Origin: a candidate division WOR-3 bacterium
GTDB taxonomy: Bacteria; Hydrothermota; Tepidihabitantia; Tepidihabitantales; Tepidihabitantaceae
NCBI GenBank assembly: GCA_965649295.1
Contig: CBFGKH010000002.1
Location: 64,001 to 128,000, forward strand
Length of the DNA: 64,000 nt
Direction of reading: 5' to 3'
The notes below the pieces were generated by a model. That model did no database searches. It had not been told where the DNA came from and saw nothing but the letters and a program-made list of their open reading frames with translations. Numbering within the stretch: position 1 is the stretch's first letter; every line of letters starts with the position of its first letter. A program made the position numbers and the translations under genes. Of the stretch, positions 18,826-28,234 are shown piece after piece.

Positions 18826-20478
18826 ATGATGTACCCGGAGAGCATGCAGCAGTCAATCAAGCGACTGGAGGCCACTCGCGAGGAACGGATTCGGCAGGGC
18901 AAGATTCCGCTGCTCGGGGCCGAGCAGAAGAAGGAGCTGCTGCAGGGTTTCCATCCCGATTACATCGAAGCCTCGATGCGAGCGCTGGCAGTGGGGCCGA
19001 ACAAGGGTGACCGCACGCCCCACGAGATTGCCGACGTGTTGGAGGCGTGGCCGCTGGTTGACCGGCGGCGGTTTGATGTCGAGAACCCGAAGTTCGATGT
19101 TGATGTGCTGGTGATTGGCGCGGGCGGGGCAGGCGTGGCAGCGGCCCTGGTTGCTGCTGAACGCGGTGCCCGCGTGCTGACGGTGACCAAGCTGCGGATT
19201 GGCGATGCCAACACGATGATGGCCCAGGGCGGGATTCAGGCGGCAGACAAGCCGAACGACTCACCGGAACGGCACTACCTCGACGTCCTCGGCGGCGGCC
19301 ATTTCAAGAACATTCCCGAACTGGCGCGGGCACTGGTTACCGATGCGCCGGGAGTGATTGCCTGGCTCGAAGAGCTCGGCGCGATGTTCGACAAGGAAGA
19401 GGACGGGACGATGATTACGATTCACGGCGGCGGCACCTCGCGCAAGCGGATGCACGCGGCCCGTGACTACACTGGCGCCGAGATTATGCGCACCCTGCGC
19501 GACGAGTTCCGCAACCGGAACCTGGAACTGCTCGAATACTGCGCGGCAGTGGAACTAGTGACCGATGCGACCGGCGCCTGCGCCGGGGCGGCATTTGTCA
19601 ACCTTGAGACCCAGGAGCTTTTTGTGGTCCGGGCCAAGACAACGATTGTCGCGACCGGTGGCTGCGGCCGGTTGCACATTCAGGGCTTTCCCTGTACGAA
19701 CCACTACGGTGCGACCGCGGATGGACTGGTGCTGGCCTACCGGGCCGGCGCGAAACTCGCCTTCATTGACACGATTCAATACCATCCGACCGGCGCGGCC
19801 TATCCAGAGCAGATATTCGGCCTGCTCATCACCGAGAAGGTGCGTGGCGTGGGTGCCCACCTAGTCAACGACGAAGGCAACCGCTTCATCTACGAACTGG
19901 AGAGCCGCGATATCACTGCCTCGGCGATTATCCGCGAGTGCCAGGGCCGGGGCAAGGGCGTCAGGACACCAGCCGGCCGCGTTGGGGTCTGGCTCGACAC
20001 ACCGCTGATTGAGGTGCTCAAGGGGCCAGGCGCAGTGAAGAAGAACCTGCCGGCGATGTATCACCAGTATGAGCGGTTCGGAATCTATATGGACAAGGAG
20101 CCGATTCTTACCTATCCGACTCAGCACTACCAGAACGGTGGCATCCTGATTGATGCAACCGGCCTTACCGGTGTGAAGCGGCTCTATGCGGCTGGTGAGG
20201 TTGCCGGTGGCATTCACGGTCGGAACCGGCTGATGGGCAACTCGCTGCTCGACATCCTCGTGTTTGGTCGCCGGGCCGGTGCCGCTGCTGCCGAAGCAGC
20301 GCGGGCTGTCACTCCGAGCGAGCTCGGGAAGATTGGCTTCAGACACGTCGAGGCGTTTGAGTCCGAACTCAGGGCGGCAAAGATACCGCGGGAGCGCCAG
20401 TCGCCGATGCTTTTGCCTGACTACCGGCGGCCGGAGCTGAAGAGTCCGTTTCCGTTCGCCGGGCTCGGCTGCGAGTAG
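18826..20478 (+). CDS. Fumarate reductase/succinate dehydrogenase flavoprotein subunit
   Basis: IGAGGAG, AQGG, QYHPT, TEKVRG, HYQNGG and HGRNRLMGNSL motifs. Confidence 0.9.
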   Translation: MMYPESMQQSIKRLEATREERIRQGKIPLLGAEQKKELLQGFHPDYIEASMRALAVGPNKGDRTPHEIADVLEAWPLVDRRRFDVENPKFDVDVLVIGAGGAGVAAALVAAERGARVLTVTKLRIGDANTMMAQGGIQAADKPNDSPERHYLDVLGGGHFKNIPELARALVTDAPGVIAWLEELGAMFDKEEDGTMITIHGGGTSRKRMHAARDYTGAEIMRTLRDEFRNRNLELLEYCAAVELVTDATGACAGAAFVNLETQELFVVRAKTTIVATGGCGRLHIQGFPCTNHYGATADGLVLAYRAGAKLAFIDTIQYHPTGAAYPEQIFGLLITEKVRGVGAHLVNDEGNRFIYELESRDITASAIIRECQGRGKGVRTPAGRVGVWLDTPLIEVLKGPGAVKKNLPAMYHQYERFGIYMDKEPILTYPTQHYQNGGILIDATGLTGVKRLYAAGEVAGGIHGRNRLMGNSLLDILVFGRRAGAAAAEAARAVTPSELGKIGFRHVEAFESELRAAKIPRERQSPMLLPDYRRPELKSPFPFAGLGCE

Positions 20479-20982
20479 ATGGGCCGCGGACGACTGCCAG
20501 CCACACTCCAGATTGAGTCAGCGATACTGCTCTTGCGCGGCCAGCGTGTCATGCTTAGCACTGACCTCGCACAGCTTTACGGCGTTGAACCACGGGTATT
20601 GGTGCAGGCGGTGAAGCGCAACATCGAGCGTTTCCCGCCGGACTTCATGTTTCAGCTCAGTCGTGATGAAGCCGCGCGTTTGAAATCACAATCTGTGACT
20701 TCAAGTTGGGGTGGCATCAGGCGGGCAATGCCCTATGCCTTCACCGAGCAAGGTGTGGCGATGCTGTCGAGTGTGCTACGTAGCCCGCGGGCAGTGCAGG
20801 TCAACATCGAAATCATGCGGGCGTTTGTTCGGCTGCGACAGTTGCTGGCGACCCACGCTGATCTTGCTCAACGCCTTGACGAGCTGGAGCGGAAGTACGA
20901 TAAGCAGTTCCGGGTCGTGTTTGATGCTATCCGGCAATTGATGACGCCGCCGGAGCCGAAGCGGACGCGTATCGGGTTCTAG
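20479..20982 (+). CDS. ORF6N domain DNA-binding protein
   Basis: [50 protein letters not shown]-terminal IGF. Confidence 0.92.
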   Translation: MGRGRLPATLQIESAILLLRGQRVMLSTDLAQLYGVEPRVLVQAVKRNIERFPPDFMFQLSRDEAARLKSQSVTSSWGGIRRAMPYAFTEQGVAMLSSVLRSPRAVQVNIEIMRAFVRLRQLLATHADLAQRLDELERKYDKQFRVVFDAIRQLMTPPEPKRTRIGF

Positions 20983-21683
20983 CTGACAGGCAACTTAGCT
21001 AGACCTGTCCGATGATTGCGCCCCACTTTGCTCAGGTTTAACTGTCAAACCACAACGATTCTGTCATACCGAGACCACGGCGAGAAAGTCACAGAACTCT
21101 TCTTGGCAAGATGTTGGAGTCTCGCGGGTAGCAGTGTGGCCACCATTGTTCCTGTCGGTTCATGGCAGACGTGGATCGAGCCGGCAGGCGACGCTTGAAT
21201 AGAAACCAGCAAGCCGGCAATGGCGGCACTGCAAGTATTAGGCTTGAGCTGGTAGCACTGCCATCGGCGGCGTGGTTTTCTGCGTTGAGCCGGAATGGGG
21301 GGGCGGGCTCTCAGACCCAGCATGTCAGCTGCGGCCTGCGCCGAGAGTCCCGAGAACGTCCGCTGGATGACGGTGAGCCGTCTCACTTCCGGCTCCGCGG
21401 AGTATGCGCGTTCCAACATGCACCGGCATACCGTCATCCCGCCCGTTACTGTCAATATGACATAATCGCTGTGCCGTTACCCTACGACATTATCGCTGCT
21501 GTTTCACAGCACGCACTCTTTCTGCTTGACAGCCCCCCTCCCGTCGTACTATTCCACAGTTGACTTGGCGAAGTCTATCCGGTGTGATTCCGGATAGGGG
21601 ACAACATGAGCGGTCTGGTCTCGTAGTCGAGAAGCGTGTGCGTCCGCTTGGCGCACGGATCGCAGTCTAAGGAGGATCGAGCG

Positions 21684-23225
21684 ATGGTTCACTTGATGCG
21701 GGACCGGCGCTTGTACTTGGCGCCGCTTGCTGTCATCTGTGCGTACCTGATGATGTTTTCCTGTAGGCCTGTTACGCCGGATGACGGCATCAACCCCAGG
21801 ACTCGGGTCCCTGAAAACAACGCTGCTCTGAGGAACGTCATCGTGTCCGGGGACACGGTTCGTCTCGTCTATGCTCCGGGAGCAGCCAAGCCGAACTACA
21901 CCGCTGGTGATGTCATTGTCGGGCGGCATGGGGATGGTTACCTGAAGAAGGTCGTCTCTTCCTCAGTCCGAGGCGACACGCTGGTGTTGCGAACTTCGCA
22001 GGCGGCATTCACCGACGCGGTGGACTCGTGTACCTTTGATACGACCGTGGCACTTGTCGCCGAGACTATGACCTTGCCAGCGATCAAGCGGGACTCGGAG
22101 TACACGGACGCGGCTGGGGTGATGCATAAGGTCTCGGTCTCTTGTGATGGTCTGGAGGTGCTGCCAACTTCCGACGGCAGGACTTTTGTTGTCCGGCTGC
22201 CCAATGTTCGAGTGGAGATATCCAATGGCGGCAATCTGGCAGCATTTGTGGCCTGCGATACAGTCGTCCTTACCAAGGGTATTGATATTGACCTCGGCTT
22301 GAGAGTTCGCGGCGCAGCGGTGAGTGAGTTTCGGGCAATCGCTCAGTCAACCGAGGGGGTGAGCTTCCGGCACCTGCGGCTTGGGTTCACACGAACACTC
22401 TACAACGACACCGCACAAGTCAAGCTGGCAACGGTTCGTCTCGGACACGCTGTGGTTATGGTCGGCTTCGTTCCGGTGGTCTTCGCCTTCGAGATGGGGG
22501 TCTATGTTGGCATCGGTGCGAATCTATCGCTAACCGTCTCCGGCGAGATCGCCAACGAGGCGTCAGTTTCGTCGAGCCTGACCGTCGGGGCAATCTACGA
22601 GAACCGTGCCTATCGTACGGTCTATGACAAGACATTGTCGTCCAGCCTAACGATGTCATTTGTGCCAGTAGGTGTGAGCGCGGAACTACAAAGCTTCCTG
22701 CGTGGAAGTCTCGACATGAAGATCTACGGTGTTGCCGGTCCGACCGTGTACGCGCAGCCGTACATCTACGACGAGATTTCCTCCCCGCCGATTTCGGTCG
22801 AAGCCGGCTATGGCATATCTGCCGGGCTTGGGTTCAAGGCCGAGATACTTGATCGGAGGATTGTTGAGTTCAACTGGACCTTTGCCGACTTCAGGCGTGC
22901 GCTGGTGGACACGACCTTTGCGGCAAACCAGCCACCAACTACGCCAACCACACCATCTGGAACATCGAGTGGTCAGGTTAACGTGTCGTACACATACTCT
23001 TCATCAACCACTGATCCTGAAGGCGGACGCGTTGCACTTCGCTTTGATTGGGGCAATGGTGATACATCCAACTGGACGGCATATGTGAATAGCGGCGTGG
23101 TAGCAAGTCAACCTCACGCGTGGTCGGCTGCCGGTACCTATAGTATACGAGCCCAGGCCAAAGACGAGGCCGGCAACCTATCCGGGTGGTCGAGTGCAAG
23201 GACGGTTTACATCGGCGTTCAGTAG
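21684..23225 (+). CDS. Lipoprotein with C-terminal PKD-like domain; probably 5' part of an amber-interrupted gene
   Basis: AAGGAGG RBS, lipobox-like MFSC, NQPPTTP...DPEG...FDWGNG...YSIRAQAKD. Confidence 0.7.
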   Translation: MVHLMRDRRLYLAPLAVICAYLMMFSCRPVTPDDGINPRTRVPENNAALRNVIVSGDTVRLVYAPGAAKPNYTAGDVIVGRHGDGYLKKVVSSSVRGDTLVLRTSQAAFTDAVDSCTFDTTVALVAETMTLPAIKRDSEYTDAAGVMHKVSVSCDGLEVLPTSDGRTFVVRLPNVRVEISNGGNLAAFVACDTVVLTKGIDIDLGLRVRGAAVSEFRAIAQSTEGVSFRHLRLGFTRTLYNDTAQVKLATVRLGHAVVMVGFVPVVFAFEMGVYVGIGANLSLTVSGEIANEASVSSSLTVGAIYENRAYRTVYDKTLSSSLTMSFVPVGVSAELQSFLRGSLDMKIYGVAGPTVYAQPYIYDEISSPPISVEAGYGISAGLGFKAEILDRRIVEFNWTFADFRRALVDTTFAANQPPTTPTTPSGTSSGQVNVSYTYSSSTTDPEGGRVALRFDWGNGDTSNWTAYVNSGVVASQPHAWSAAGTYSIRAQAKDEAGNLSGWSSARTVYIGVQ

Positions 23226-23690
23226 GTGCAGTACACGGTTGCTCTGACGTGGGGAGCAGAGCCGCTGGACCTCGATGCACACACCTGGACGCCGAGGGTG
23301 GGCAACGACTCCCACCATGTCTACTACGCCAATCGCGGCAGGCTATCGGTCGCCCCCTATTGCTCGCTTGACGTTGATGATGTGAATGGCTATGGGCCAG
23401 AACATACGTCGTTATCCCAGCTTTCGGCCGGAACCTATGCGTACGCCGTCCATCGCTACTCCAGCGGCGCCCTGCAGACATCACAGGCGGTTGTCGAGGT
23501 GTACCGTCAGGGAAGTCTTATACGAACATTCACAGTGCCTACCAGTCCATCGGGCACCACCCTGAGTTGGTGGCATGTATTCAACATTGACGGCTCGACC
23601 GGCAATGTTCAGTCCGTCAACAGGCTCGACTCCCTGCCACCGCGACCGTGGTGGGTAGACTCGGGGTTCGGGGTCGGAGAAGCGGCAATA
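23226..23690 (+). pseudogene. YfaP/DUF2135-like domain continuing in frame after TAG; 3' end uncertain
   Basis: LTWG..DLDAH...HVYY...LDVDDVNGYGPEH motif; same frame as the upstream CDS and no RBS. Confidence 0.6.
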
Positions 23691-23751
23691 GGATGGCCGT
23701 GGTCCGCGATTGATTCGTATGTACCAGGTAACCAAACAAAAGGAGGCCTGT

Positions 23752-24207
23752 ATGAGAAAAGTCATCGCAGTCTGTGCGGTGCTGCTCGGCATCTCGGCAA
23801 TTGCGCTGGGAAAGGAGTAGTCTGTTCAGCCGGCAGCGGGGCAAGATGGTGCGGAGATAGCAGCTCCCGCCGCGGCTGAATGTGCATCTCATAATGAGTT
23901 TGCCAGTGCCGAGGAAGCGTACTTGGCTGGCAAACAGGCTGGTTATGAGGCAGGCAAGCAGGTGGCGCTTGCCTCTGTGCGATTGAAGGATGCTACCCGA
24001 GTGGGTGAGCCGATAGAGCTCTCCAGCCGCGCGACATACAGCGGAGGGTACGATGCCGACTATGACCGTGGCTACCGCGAAGGCTACGATGTCGGCTACC
24101 GCGAAGGACTGGAGAAGGGCAAGCGCGCCAAACCAGGGTGGGGTGTTGGTTTTGTTCTAGGGTTCTTTCTTAATTTGATCGGCGTAATCATTGCCGTCGT
24201 CATATAG
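23752..24207 (+). pseudogene. Exported/membrane protein interrupted by in-frame TAG at 23818
   Basis: AAGGAGG + ATG 23752, signal peptide MRKVIAVCAVLLGISAIALG, stop, then in frame with ORF 23923-24207. Confidence 0.65.
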
Positions 24208-24215
24208 GGGGCAAT

Positions 24216-24668
24216 ATGGCAGTCCTGATGTATCGCAAAAGCTATTTGAAATCGGTGGTCATCGCAGTCATCGCCTGCTTTGTCCTTGCCAGCGCCGAGA
24301 CTATTACGTTACACGACGGATCGGTGGTTACAGGGACGATAACCGGGCAGACGGAGACCAAGATTACGGTGAAGACGCCGCACGGTACTTTGACAATCGA
24401 CAAGGCGAACATCTCGTCCGTCGATTACGGCAGCGGTGGCAAACGCGACTCGCAGCAACAACAGAATGAATCGAGAATCGCTGTTTCTACGGAAGGCAAT
24501 TACAGGAGTGGCTATGATCAGGGCAAGTTGAAGGGCTACGAGGATGGCCACGCGGCGGGGGTGTCCGAACAGCGGTCGGCTCGCCTGTTGGGCTCCATTG
24601 TTGGCTGGCTCTGCTCGCTTGCTGTCGTGGCTTTCGTCATGGCGATCGCGACCGCGTCGACGTACTAG
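24216..24668 (+). CDS. Hypothetical membrane protein
   Basis: Signal peptide, ETITLHDGSVVTG beta domain, GY..G repeats, C-terminal TM. Confidence 0.65.
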   Translation: MAVLMYRKSYLKSVVIAVIACFVLASAETITLHDGSVVTGTITGQTETKITVKTPHGTLTIDKANISSVDYGSGGKRDSQQQQNESRIAVSTEGNYRSGYDQGKLKGYEDGHAAGVSEQRSARLLGSIVGWLCSLAVVAFVMAIATASTY

Positions 24669-24914
24669 CTGGTGAGACGGTGGAACATCCTGTGTGCTCT
24701 TGCCGTGACCGTAACTCTCGGCAGAGATGTGCCGTGACAAGTAGAACAGGGTAGGTTCTTCGTGAGGCCAGTGTAACGAGATGAGATTCTATCAGACGCT
24801 CAACGCACATTTACGCGTGTCGTGAGGGGTACGCCACTTGAGGCTGGACCGCAGTGGCCCGTCTTGGAGTTGTTCTGTAGGAATACGTGGCAGACCTGAA
24901 GCGAAAACTTGCCG

Positions 24915-24955
24915 ACACTCGCGGGGCGCCAACTGGCGCCCCGCCAGTGTTTCTT
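24915..24955. terminator. Hairpin between convergent genes (likely terminator)
   Basis: GCGGGGCGCC-AACT-GGCGCCCCGC stem, extended by ACACT/AGTGT, followed by TTCTT. Confidence 0.65.
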
Positions 24956-24963
24956 GCCCCTAG

Positions 24964-25872
24964 TTAGCGTTTCTTTTTGGGTCGGAACCGGCCGATGCGG
25001 AGGATTTCGGCAAGGTTTGCATGCGGGGTGACTTTGGGCACAAGGAGCGGCTTGGCGCTGGCAAGGAGCGTGGTCACGCCCGGGCCGTGGCCAGCCACGA
25101 CGCAGTCAGAGTGAACCACAATCCCGATGGTGACAGCACCGCGTCGCCAGGACCGGCCGTAACAGTTGTCGTGGTCGTTGATAGCAACGAAGTCGCCGAA
25201 CCGGAGACGGTCGAGGCCGAGTTTCTTTATCTCGTTGCGATCGGTAGTCATCACGTCATAGTCGCCAGTGCCCATCGAGGTGGAGCCGGTGCCTGAGCCC
25301 ATGAGGTAGCCGGGCACGATGGCAGCGACCGGTACCTCGAGGCGGCCGTCACCGAGTTCGCGAATTCCCATCCGCTGGAGCAGCCCGGGGTCAAGGTTGG
25401 TAACCTGAATGTCGGGATAGTCGATTAAGGCCAGACCCTGGCCAAAGCCGCGGATGAGGAATCGGTCGTCGAGGGTGAGCTTGTTGAGGACGTCGTCGGC
25501 AAAGTCAATCAGCACGTGCTCGGCACCGCCGTGATGGCCGGTGACTATTCCTTTAGCACCTTTGGCATCGCCCGAGACGACGCGCGCCTCGTTGCCGACG
25601 CAGGAGTAGAAGTGGAGCGAAGTGTTTGGATGGTCCATCCGCTTCTCCCAGTCGGCGATACAGGAGACACCGGGTTCGATGTGGTCGCCAGCCCAGCCGA
25701 AAGCCGGGTCGCCAACCTTGACGTTGTAGGTGATGCCGCCGATGCTCGGCAGCAGGAACGGCCGACCATCAGCGTCAACGCCGTGACCGCGACGGCCAGA
25801 GGGGTAGGAGACTTTGCCCTGGACTGAGAGCATGACGACTCGGTCAGAGTTAGTGCGTAGCTTCTTGGTCAT
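24964..25872 (-). CDS. DUF4438 family protein
   Basis: [31 protein letters not shown] and GHGPGVT motifs. Confidence 0.8.
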   Translation of the reverse strand: MTKKLRTNSDRVVMLSVQGKVSYPSGRRGHGVDADGRPFLLPSIGGITYNVKVGDPAFGWAGDHIEPGVSCIADWEKRMDHPNTSLHFYSCVGNEARVVSGDAKGAKGIVTGHHGGAEHVLIDFADDVLNKLTLDDRFLIRGFGQGLALIDYPDIQVTNLDPGLLQRMGIRELGDGRLEVPVAAIVPGYLMGSGTGSTSMGTGDYDVMTTDRNEIKKLGLDRLRFGDFVAINDHDNCYGRSWRRGAVTIGIVVHSDCVVAGHGPGVTTLLASAKPLLVPKVTPHANLAEILRIGRFRPKKKR

Positions 25873-25953
25873 GGCAGGAGTATAGGTGCTACAGTGGCAG
25901 AGACAAGTATGCCCGACGCTGGGCTGGAGAATGACCGAGAAGTTGCTAGAAAG

Positions 25954-27063
25954 CTAGCGGAGCAGGCAGCCGCGGCGCTCGTATTCCTGGAATAGCCGGC
26001 CCCAGCCAGTATTGGCCAGCCATTGCTTGTACAGCCGTTTGCCCTTGAACGGCCAGAAGATGAGGTCGTGGTTGATGGCCGAGACAAGAATTGGGATATA
26101 GACGACCGGCTTGCGGGTGACGATTTTCTGCAGCACCCGGGTGGGGCCGTACCAAGAGAGCCAGCCTAGGAAGCGGTGGAAGTTGTAGCCGACGCGGAAT
26201 CCCCAATTGACGTCGCGGATGTCGTCGCCGACTACCTCAATCTCAGCCGGGTCGCCGATGCCCAAGCCGGCTTCGTGGGCAAGCCGGATATATTTGATGC
26301 TCATCGGCTCGAAGCCCATCATCTTGGCCGATATCGCGTCAATTGCGACCTGGTCAGCCGATGCCATGATGACATTCTTTACCACCGGCTCGATGGTGCG
26401 CGGCCCAGGGCCATTGCCGGCAGTGGTGCCGTCCATCACCGCGAAGATGCCGGGATGAATCTCTTTCTGGATGGCGAGTAGGTCAACAAGGGTTTCGTGA
26501 ATCCAGGTGTGGGTGTAGTGGCGGTTGGTTGAGAGGAGGCCGCCGAAGGCGTTCTTCATGGCGCCGGTCGTTGTCGTGTAGATGTGACACTTCATCGTCG
26601 GCATATGGACGATGTTCTTGCCGATAAAGTAGTCGGGTATCCTGATGCCCTTGGGAAAGACTCGGTCGAGGGCAAGCATCTTGGCCTTGGGCCGATAGAC
26701 AATCCAGGACATGTCCTCGGGCCGGAAGTTGTAGAGCACCGGCAGGCCGCATTTGCGGAAGATGGGAACGTAGCGGTTGAGGTCCTCGCCTTTCTCAGTA
26801 TCAACGACGACGGTGCGGTTCTGGACAACAGAGAGGTCGCGCAGGCCGATGTCGCCCAGCCCGAGGATGGTGCCTTCGAGCTGCCAGGGCGTGGTGTTGC
26901 AACCGGGCATCGGATAGTGCCAGGTGATGTTGTCTTTGAGGATTGTCGGTTTGGTGGGGTCGAGGTGCTGGCGGGCATCGGCGAGCACGAACAGACGCCG
27001 ATAGTCGTCGAGCACGGTCTCGGGTTTGGTATAGAGAACAGCGACTTTGGCCTTGGCAGCCAT
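25954..27063 (-). CDS. DUF362 domain protein
   Basis: PTMKCH..TTTTGAMKNAFG, DGTTAGNGPGP and DQVAIDA motifs. Confidence 0.82.
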   Translation of the reverse strand: MAAKAKVAVLYTKPETVLDDYRRLFVLADARQHLDPTKPTILKDNITWHYPMPGCNTTPWQLEGTILGLGDIGLRDLSVVQNRTVVVDTEKGEDLNRYVPIFRKCGLPVLYNFRPEDMSWIVYRPKAKMLALDRVFPKGIRIPDYFIGKNIVHMPTMKCHIYTTTTGAMKNAFGGLLSTNRHYTHTWIHETLVDLLAIQKEIHPGIFAVMDGTTAGNGPGPRTIEPVVKNVIMASADQVAIDAISAKMMGFEPMSIKYIRLAHEAGLGIGDPAEIEVVGDDIRDVNWGFRVGYNFHRFLGWLSWYGPTRVLQKIVTRKPVVYIPILVSAINHDLIFWPFKGKRLYKQWLANTGWGRLFQEYERRGCLLR

Positions 27064-27169
27064 AGGGGTTATTATAGCCACCAGTTGCGGCAGGACAACT
27101 GTCGTAGCCATTGCACCGGCGCTGGTCTCGTGCTAAGATGCCAGCAGTGAATCCAGACAGGCGGCGACA

Positions 27170-28234
27170 TTGGCAGCCGAGCCGCTGAACGGCAACGGCA
27201 GCACCGATACCAGTGCAACCCGGCGGGCAATCACGCGCGGGGTGCGTATCTTTGTGCTCTTGGCGGTGGTTGCTGCGGTCCTGGTGATTGCGCTCACTGC
27301 CAGCCGTGAGACATTGGCCGGGTTGACTCGGGTCAAATGGTACTGGCTGGTGGTGACGGTTGTGCTCTGGTTTGCTGCTGCCGGGCTCGATGGTCTGCGC
27401 CTGGCCGTGCTTTCACGGGCCGGTGAGCATCCGTTGACCGCCTTTCAGGCGTTCCAGGTAATCTACATCGGCTACTTCATGGCGGCAGTCACGCCGTTTC
27501 AGGTCGGCGGCCTACCCTTGCAGCTCTACATTATGCACCGTTGGGGCATCAGTCCGGGCAAGGCCTCGGCGATGCTGATTATGCGGGGAATCCTGTTCTA
27601 CGGACTGCTCTTTGCTGTGGCGCCGTTTGTCGCAATTCGGCTCGGGGCTGCCACCGCCCTGCTCAAAGTTCTTGCTGCCTACATTGCCGTGATTATTGCT
27701 GCCGGGACGGTGCTGGTACTTGTCAGTCTGGTATTTCCGGCCAAGCTCGAGGCCTGGCGTGAGCGGCTGGCAGCCAAACCGCATCCCGGTCGGGTCCGAC
27801 GTTGGATTGTCTGGTTATTGGGCGAGCTGCATGGCTTTACCGATGGCTTGCGGCTCTATCTGCGCGGTCGGAATCTTGGGCATCTCGCACTGGCGACAGT
27901 GCTGACCGTTGCCTGCATGAGCTCGCTGTTTGCGATGAGCGCGACACTCTTGGCCGGGCTGGGCGTACATACCGAAGCGTGGCGGGCCATGGGCCTGAAC
28001 CTGCTTCTTTGTTCGGTCATGCTCTTTGTGCCGACGCCGGGCGCAAGCGGCGTGGCCGAGGCCGGCGCCGCCGGACTCTATTCGCTAATCTGTCCGCGCT
28101 ACATGCTCGGCGTCTATGTCGTGCTCTGGCGGCTCTTTAGCTTCTATCTGGGTGCGATTGCCGGCGGCATCGCCACCCTACCCCATCTTTCCCGGCGCAG
28201 TCCAAAACCGTTACCCAACCAGAACCAGAGCTAG
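27170..28234 (+). CDS. Lysylphosphatidylglycerol synthase-like flippase domain protein (UPF0104)
   Basis: TPFQVGGLP, PTPGASGVAE and LWRLFSFY motifs; multi-TM. Confidence 0.85.
   Translation: MAAEPLNGNGSTDTSATRRAITRGVRIFVLLAVVAAVLVIALTASRETLAGLTRVKWYWLVVTVVLWFAAAGLDGLRLAVLSRAGEHPLTAFQAFQVIYIGYFMAAVTPFQVGGLPLQLYIMHRWGISPGKASAMLIMRGILFYGLLFAVAPFVAIRLGAATALLKVLAAYIAVIIAAGTVLVLVSLVFPAKLEAWRERLAAKPHPGRVRRWIVWLLGELHGFTDGLRLYLRGRNLGHLALATVLTVACMSSLFAMSATLLAGLGVHTEAWRAMGLNLLLCSVMLFVPTPGASGVAEAGAAGLYSLICPRYMLGVYVVLWRLFSFYLGAIAGGIATLPHLSRRSPKPLPNQNQS

Noticed and set aside
21045..21455. Minus-strand HTH or transposase remnant
   Set aside because: Only a short helix-turn-helix-like stretch, with no catalytic motif or terminal repeats.
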